Shown: one piece after another, positions 25,182-28,473 of the stretch | How positions within the stretch are numbered: position 1 is the first letter of the stretch | Layout of the letters: every line of letters starts with the position of its first letter | From: a virus | Lineage: Duplodnaviria; Caudoviricetes | DNA: 28,473 nt | Virus record (IMG/VR): IMGVR_UViG_3300017912_001846 | Span: 1-28,473 of that record | Direction: 5' to 3' (one strand) | Position numbers and translations under genes: made by a program | The notes under the pieces: model-generated | Databases searched by the model: none | What the model was told of the DNA's origin: nothing | What the model saw: the letters and a program-made list of their open reading frames with translations, nothing else

Positions 25182-25280
25182 GAGTACGGGCTCCGGTTCG
25201 ATTGAGTGATGACGCAAGGTGCGTCGTGGAAACTCTTTCGCCTACACCGGCTAACGGACCGGAGACCGATGGCTCTGCTT
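25182..25280 (-). promoter_or_regulatory. Structured 5' leader of the capsid gene that sequesters the RBS
   Basis: CUCCGGU (25264-25258) pairs with ACCGGAG (25197-25191), which contains the SD. Internal GACGCA/UGCGUC hairpin. Confidence 0.55.
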
Positions 25281-25286
25281 CGTCAA

Positions 25287-25315
25287 GCAGTACACCATCC
25301 CCTGAGCGCTGTCAA
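25287..25315 (-). promoter_or_regulatory. Sigma70-type promoter for the capsid gene
   Basis: TTGACA (25315-25310), 17 bp, TACTGC (25292-25287), immediately after the scaffold stop. Confidence 0.55.
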
Positions 25316-26113
25316 CTACGAGTTCGCGTCTCGCCACCGCATCCAGTCTTGCCAGTCCTTCGACCCGCCGACAAGATTGTAGTCGCCGTTCGGCCACAGA
25401 TCGACCTTGCCGACCTTCCAGCGACCGCGCGCCTTGCTGAGTGCAATCTTCTCGTCGGTCCACTCGGTCTTCGGTGCCTTGAAGGTCTGGACGGTGCCTG
25501 TGCTCTTGCCCTGGTTGGTCTGCGGGGCAGGCTCGTTGTCGCTGTGGACTGGCAGTTCGTTCTCGGCGCTGACTTGTGCCTGCGGATAGTGAGGAGCCAT
25601 CAGCGGGTTGGACTTCGTCGAATCGCTGTGCAGCCACGTACCGAAGTCAGGCAGTTCGTCTGCGACGACGCCTTGCTGCTTCAACTCTCCGATGTGGTCG
25701 TCGAACTCTCGGCGGGCCATGCGTCGGACGGACGGGTGCGTGAAACCTCCGCCAGCTTCAAGGAAGACGAGATCCTGCTTGTGATTCCGCTGCATTGTGG
25801 CGATCTGGTTCTGGAGCGCGTCAACTTGACCCAACTGCTCCGTCGCAGCAGACAGTTCGGAGGTGAGTTTCGCAACGCGGGCTTCGGCGTTTCGCATGCG
25901 CTGTCGCTCTTTCTGCATCTGGTCCCACGCTGACTGATGCCACCCATCCGGAGCTTTCGTCTGAGTCCATCCGTCAGGAGCATCAGCGGTCGGGTCGTAG
26001 AGCGCGCCCGATGGCTGATGTCCATTGGAGGCAGGCGTCGAAGGCTGTCCTGCTACCTCGATTCGCATGGTCTGAGGTGCCGTCTGCGAAGTCTGCGTCG
26101 TCTCTTCACTCAT
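25316..26113 (-). CDS. Capsid scaffolding protein, 265 aa
   Basis: Between portal and capsid. Disordered N-terminus, coiled coil and Pro/Gln-rich linker. Confidence 0.75.
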   Translation of the reverse strand: MSEETTQTSQTAPQTMRIEVAGQPSTPASNGHQPSGALYDPTADAPDGWTQTKAPDGWHQSAWDQMQKERQRMRNAEARVAKLTSELSAATEQLGQVDALQNQIATMQRNHKQDLVFLEAGGGFTHPSVRRMARREFDDHIGELKQQGVVADELPDFGTWLHSDSTKSNPLMAPHYPQAQVSAENELPVHSDNEPAPQTNQGKSTGTVQTFKAPKTEWTDEKIALSKARGRWKVGKVDLWPNGDYNLVGGSKDWQDWMRWRDANS

Positions 26114-27672
26114 TCGGTGTCGCTCCCTTGTTCGTTGTCGTCTTCTTCGCCCTCAGCGGGCTCGGTGTTGATGTTCTGGGCAGTCAGCCCTTCGGTGATG
26201 GCTCGCTCGACAAGCGCGTCTTCCAGAGCGTTGCTGACGAGCTTCTCCATCGCCTGCTCGCGTGACAAGCCATGATGAAACCGGAGGAAGTGGTCAACTC
26301 GGTTGATAAGCCCGTGCTCTCGCAACGAATCTGCCTCCTCTAGCTCCGCTTTGATCTCCTCCAGGCTCTTTGGGAGGTCTGCATAGCGAATCATCCAGTC
26401 GCCCATCGCTTCCGGGAGGTTCGTACCCTGGTTCGCGTTGGAGATCTTCGCAGCCGTCGAGAGCGTGCGAAGGTCGCCTGCTCGCATGGATGGCTTCAGC
26501 CTCTTGCGAGCGCGCTGCTGTCCAGAGCGCTTGATGGCGACTGCATAGCCCGACTGACCTGCCGAGCCTCCGCCGACGCTAATGTCGTCTGCATGCACGC
26601 CGGTATAGATCGCAGCCTGAGCAGCGAAGGCGACCACAGCCTCCAGCGCTGGCTTCGGGTCCATGACAGGATTGAACTGCGACGCGACGCCTGGACGATC
26701 TCCGCTTGACCGGAGTTGCAGGATGCTTGTCCGGTCCATCTTGATCGACTTGATGGGAGGGTTCGGACCGCTTGTCTTCCCGCCAGTCTGATGCTGAATG
26801 CCGGTCGTCTGGTTCTTGACCTCGACGTCCATGACATAGCGCTGCGGGTGCGCTCCATCTCGGAACCCTCCTTCCCAGGAAGTGATCAACGCGGCAACTG
26901 TCAGCGCCGCGCTAACCATCTCCGACCCCCGCATAGGAGTGAGCACGCGGGACCACATCCGACGGTGGTACGCGATGAGCGTCATCACCGGGGTTCCGTC
27001 CCTTGCTGTTTCACTCTTCGGCCAGCCGTTCTCCATCGTGTCGGGTGGGTAGTAGTCCTCGGTCCGGTCGAGTCGGTTGCCTTCGTCGTCTTCTACTTCC
27101 ACGCGGAAGATCGGCGGCTCGCCCTTCAGGGTCGGACGCAAGTCTCGGATCGTGTACGTGTACTCGGCAACGCCTGTCGTCGGGTTCTCGCTGTGCTCCA
27201 TCCGACTAATCGCAATCGGCTGATCTGGTGCGCGAGGGTCCGGTACGACGTCGGTGTCCTCATCAGGTCCAGCACACCAATGCGGCGGCACGATCTCGTA
27301 AAAGATGCCGCGATCCTGAGTCCAGCAGACCTGGACGAAGCAGTCGTTGAGCCCGAAGGTATATTCAAGGGTCTGCTGCTGTTGTGCCCACCATGTCTGA
27401 GAGACAACGGCAGCGACCTCCTCATGGTCTGCACCTCTTGCCTCAACGACGCCTTCCGTGTCGTACAGGGTGCATATCTGAAGCACGATGCTCAAAAAGA
27501 GATTGTAAGCCGTCTCGGCAGGCGGAAGCGTAGCCCCGACCTCCGCAGCGAAGAACTCCGCAACGCGCGTCTCCGCATGGTCGAGCCACTGACTCTCCAG
27601 CATGTCGTACCGCGTCGCAGTATGCGCGCAGCGGTTCTTGATGGCTTCAGCGGTCGAGGTCGGAGCGTACAT
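26110..27672 (-). CDS. Portal protein (SPP1 gp6-like), 520 aa
   Basis: Size, 'NLFLSIVLQICTLY', 'SGYAVAIK' (SG.Al..k motif), 'GLINRVD...LSREQAMEKL' and acidic tail. Upstream of scaffold and capsid. Confidence 0.85.
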   Translation of the reverse strand: MYAPTSTAEAIKNRCAHTATRYDMLESQWLDHAETRVAEFFAAEVGATLPPAETAYNLFLSIVLQICTLYDTEGVVEARGADHEEVAAVVSQTWWAQQQQTLEYTFGLNDCFVQVCWTQDRGIFYEIVPPHWCAGPDEDTDVVPDPRAPDQPIAISRMEHSENPTTGVAEYTYTIRDLRPTLKGEPPIFRVEVEDDEGNRLDRTEDYYPPDTMENGWPKSETARDGTPVMTLIAYHRRMWSRVLTPMRGSEMVSAALTVAALITSWEGGFRDGAHPQRYVMDVEVKNQTTGIQHQTGGKTSGPNPPIKSIKMDRTSILQLRSSGDRPGVASQFNPVMDPKPALEAVVAFAAQAAIYTGVHADDISVGGGSAGQSGYAVAIKRSGQQRARKRLKPSMRAGDLRTLSTAAKISNANQGTNLPEAMGDWMIRYADLPKSLEEIKAELEEADSLREHGLINRVDHFLRFHHGLSREQAMEKLVSNALEDALVERAITEGLTAQNINTEPAEGEEDDNEQGSDTE

Positions 27673-27689
27673 GGAGAGCCTCCAGGCAA

Positions 27690-27983
27690 TCAGTGCGACA
27701 GAATACCGCCCTCGCTGCCTTCAGTGGGCACGGTGCGATTGTTCGCTGCTAATTCAGCCCGCGCCTTGATGATCTCCTCTCCGTATACCGCCTTGAAGCG
27801 ATCCTCGCCCAGCGGGTGAATCTCAACAACGAGCCGACGGAGGGCTCGACGGTCAGCGAGGGTCATCACGCGAAGCTCGTCGATGACTGCACCCATGCGC
27901 GCGAGCGTCGGCATGAGGCGCGTGACGAGGCTGTCTACGTTGCGAGATTGCAGCAGCCGCCGTTTGAGGTCTTCGTCGTTCAT
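27690..27983 (-). CDS. Hypothetical protein, 97 aa
   Basis: GGGAG RBS. Directly upstream of the portal. Confidence 0.7.
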   Translation of the reverse strand: MNDEDLKRRLLQSRNVDSLVTRLMPTLARMGAVIDELRVMTLADRRALRRLVVEIHPLGEDRFKAVYGEEIIKARAELAANNRTVPTEGSEGGILSH

Positions 27984-28000
27984 GTTCGCTCCCGACGACC

Positions 28001-28009
28001 ACTATAGCA
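28001..28009 (-). promoter_or_regulatory. Candidate extended -10 promoter for the head operon
   Basis: TGcTATAGT lies 17 nt upstream of the ATG at 27983. No clear -35. Confidence 0.5.
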
Positions 28010-28068
28010 ACTTGCTGACAGACCTACATCCGAAGCAGACTGATCGCTGCGGCGACGTCCTGCTTTGC

Positions 28069-28332
28069 TCAGCTGCCCTTATTGCCGCTAATTTTTACGC
28101 TCTGGCAATGAAGCTCGTCCGGGCTCCCTTTCGTGGACGCAAGCCAGGAAGACTCTTCTTCGACCCAGCGGTAGAGGTACAACTGGACACCGGCTTGAGA
28201 GTAGAAGCTCGCGGCCTCGACGACTTGAAACTTCTCGCCTGGGAATGCGCGAAGCCCGAAAGTTTCGCCCCAGAGGGCGCGGTGTCGGGCGACTTCTTGA
28301 CTTACGGCTTGTTGCTTCTGGGTCCACGTCAT
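28069..28332 (-). CDS. Hypothetical early-type protein, 87 aa
   Basis: Leader and start CAACGGAGAGCAACATGACG are identical to those of the gene at 5587. Confidence 0.75.
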   Translation of the reverse strand: MTWTQKQQAVSQEVARHRALWGETFGLRAFPGEKFQVVEAASFYSQAGVQLYLYRWVEEESSWLASTKGSPDELHCQSVKISGNKGS

Positions 28333-28356
28333 GTTGCTCTCCGTTGGTGTGTAGCT

Positions 28357-28392
28357 GCTCCGAGGTCGGCGTCGGGGGCTCGCCCTCGGAGC
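28357..28392 (-). other. Intergenic GC-rich hairpin without U-tract
   Basis: GCTCCGAG/CTCGGAGC plus GGCG/CGCC. Confidence 0.6.
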
Positions 28393-28395
28393 GGG

Positions 28396-28473
28396 TCAGG
28401 CCGCCCCGCGCCCGTTGTACGCGCGGTTCATGCGCGAGGCGCGGTCGTTGTACACCGACTGCGCAGCGGCCAG
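28396..28473 (-). CDS. 3' end of a truncated ORF (...LAAAQSVYNDRASRMNRAYNGRGAA*)
   Basis: Frame is open from the window edge to a TGA just before the hairpin. Confidence 0.45.
   Translation of the reverse strand: MAAAQSVYNDRASRMNRAYNGRGAA

Larger units (their letters stand above)
1..28473. mobile_element. Tailed dsDNA phage/prophage fragment (siphovirus-like)
   Basis: Portal-scaffold-capsid-neck-tail-tape measure-lysis genes on - strand converge with initiator-DnaB-YqaJ-RecT on + strand. Genes are densely packed with ATGA overlaps, and no host housekeeping genes are seen. Confidence 0.95.

Noticed and set aside
25203-25236. Hammerhead-like 'UGAUGA-stem-GAAA' on the + strand
   Set aside because: The core is GUGAUGA rather than CUGAnGA, the spacing to GAAA is wrong, and stems I and III are not evident.
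26716-27819. Long + strand ORFs antisense to structural genes (367 aa here; also 23451..24200, 25202..25933 and 22972..23670)
   Set aside because: These are shadow frames of GC-rich coding sequence with no RBS or recognisable motifs.
1-28473. Stop-codon reassignment, tRNA genes, inteins/introns, integrase
   Set aside because: The standard code gives dense full-length genes ending in TAA, TAG and TGA. DnaB and capsid are uninterrupted. No cloverleaf or recombinase motifs were noticed by eye.

Overview
This window is a large fragment of a GC-rich tailed dsDNA phage or prophage (Caudoviricetes), probably a siphovirus since no sheath gene is seen. Positions 1-6 kb (+ strand) hold a replication/recombination module: an initiator with internal 11-bp iterons, DnaB helicase, YqaJ exonuclease and RecT-like annealase. 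Positions 28-6 kb (- strand) hold the virion and lysis genes: SPP1-like portal, scaffold, major capsid, head/neck proteins, tail tube, tail chaperone with a pseudoknot-stimulated -1 frameshift, two gp10-like genes, tape measure, Asp-box tail-tip protein, hub, NlpC/P60 peptidase and a membrane protein. A 2.2-kb + strand island of small genes, including a DenV-like pyrimidine dimer glycosylase and two uncalled microproteins, splits the tail operon. Four signals stand out: (1) host DNA-repair modules in head-region genes, namely a RecA C-terminal domain without the ATPase core and a stand-alone UVR-like motif; (2) a five-copy non-canonical promoter (A-tract, G[A/C]AATAG, GCGTA-n-TACGC) in front of small + strand genes; (3) structured RNA leaders before the capsid and neck genes; (4) the hidden frameshift ORF. 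No terminase, integrase, tRNA or CRISPR was seen. All family calls come from motif recognition by eye, not database searches.
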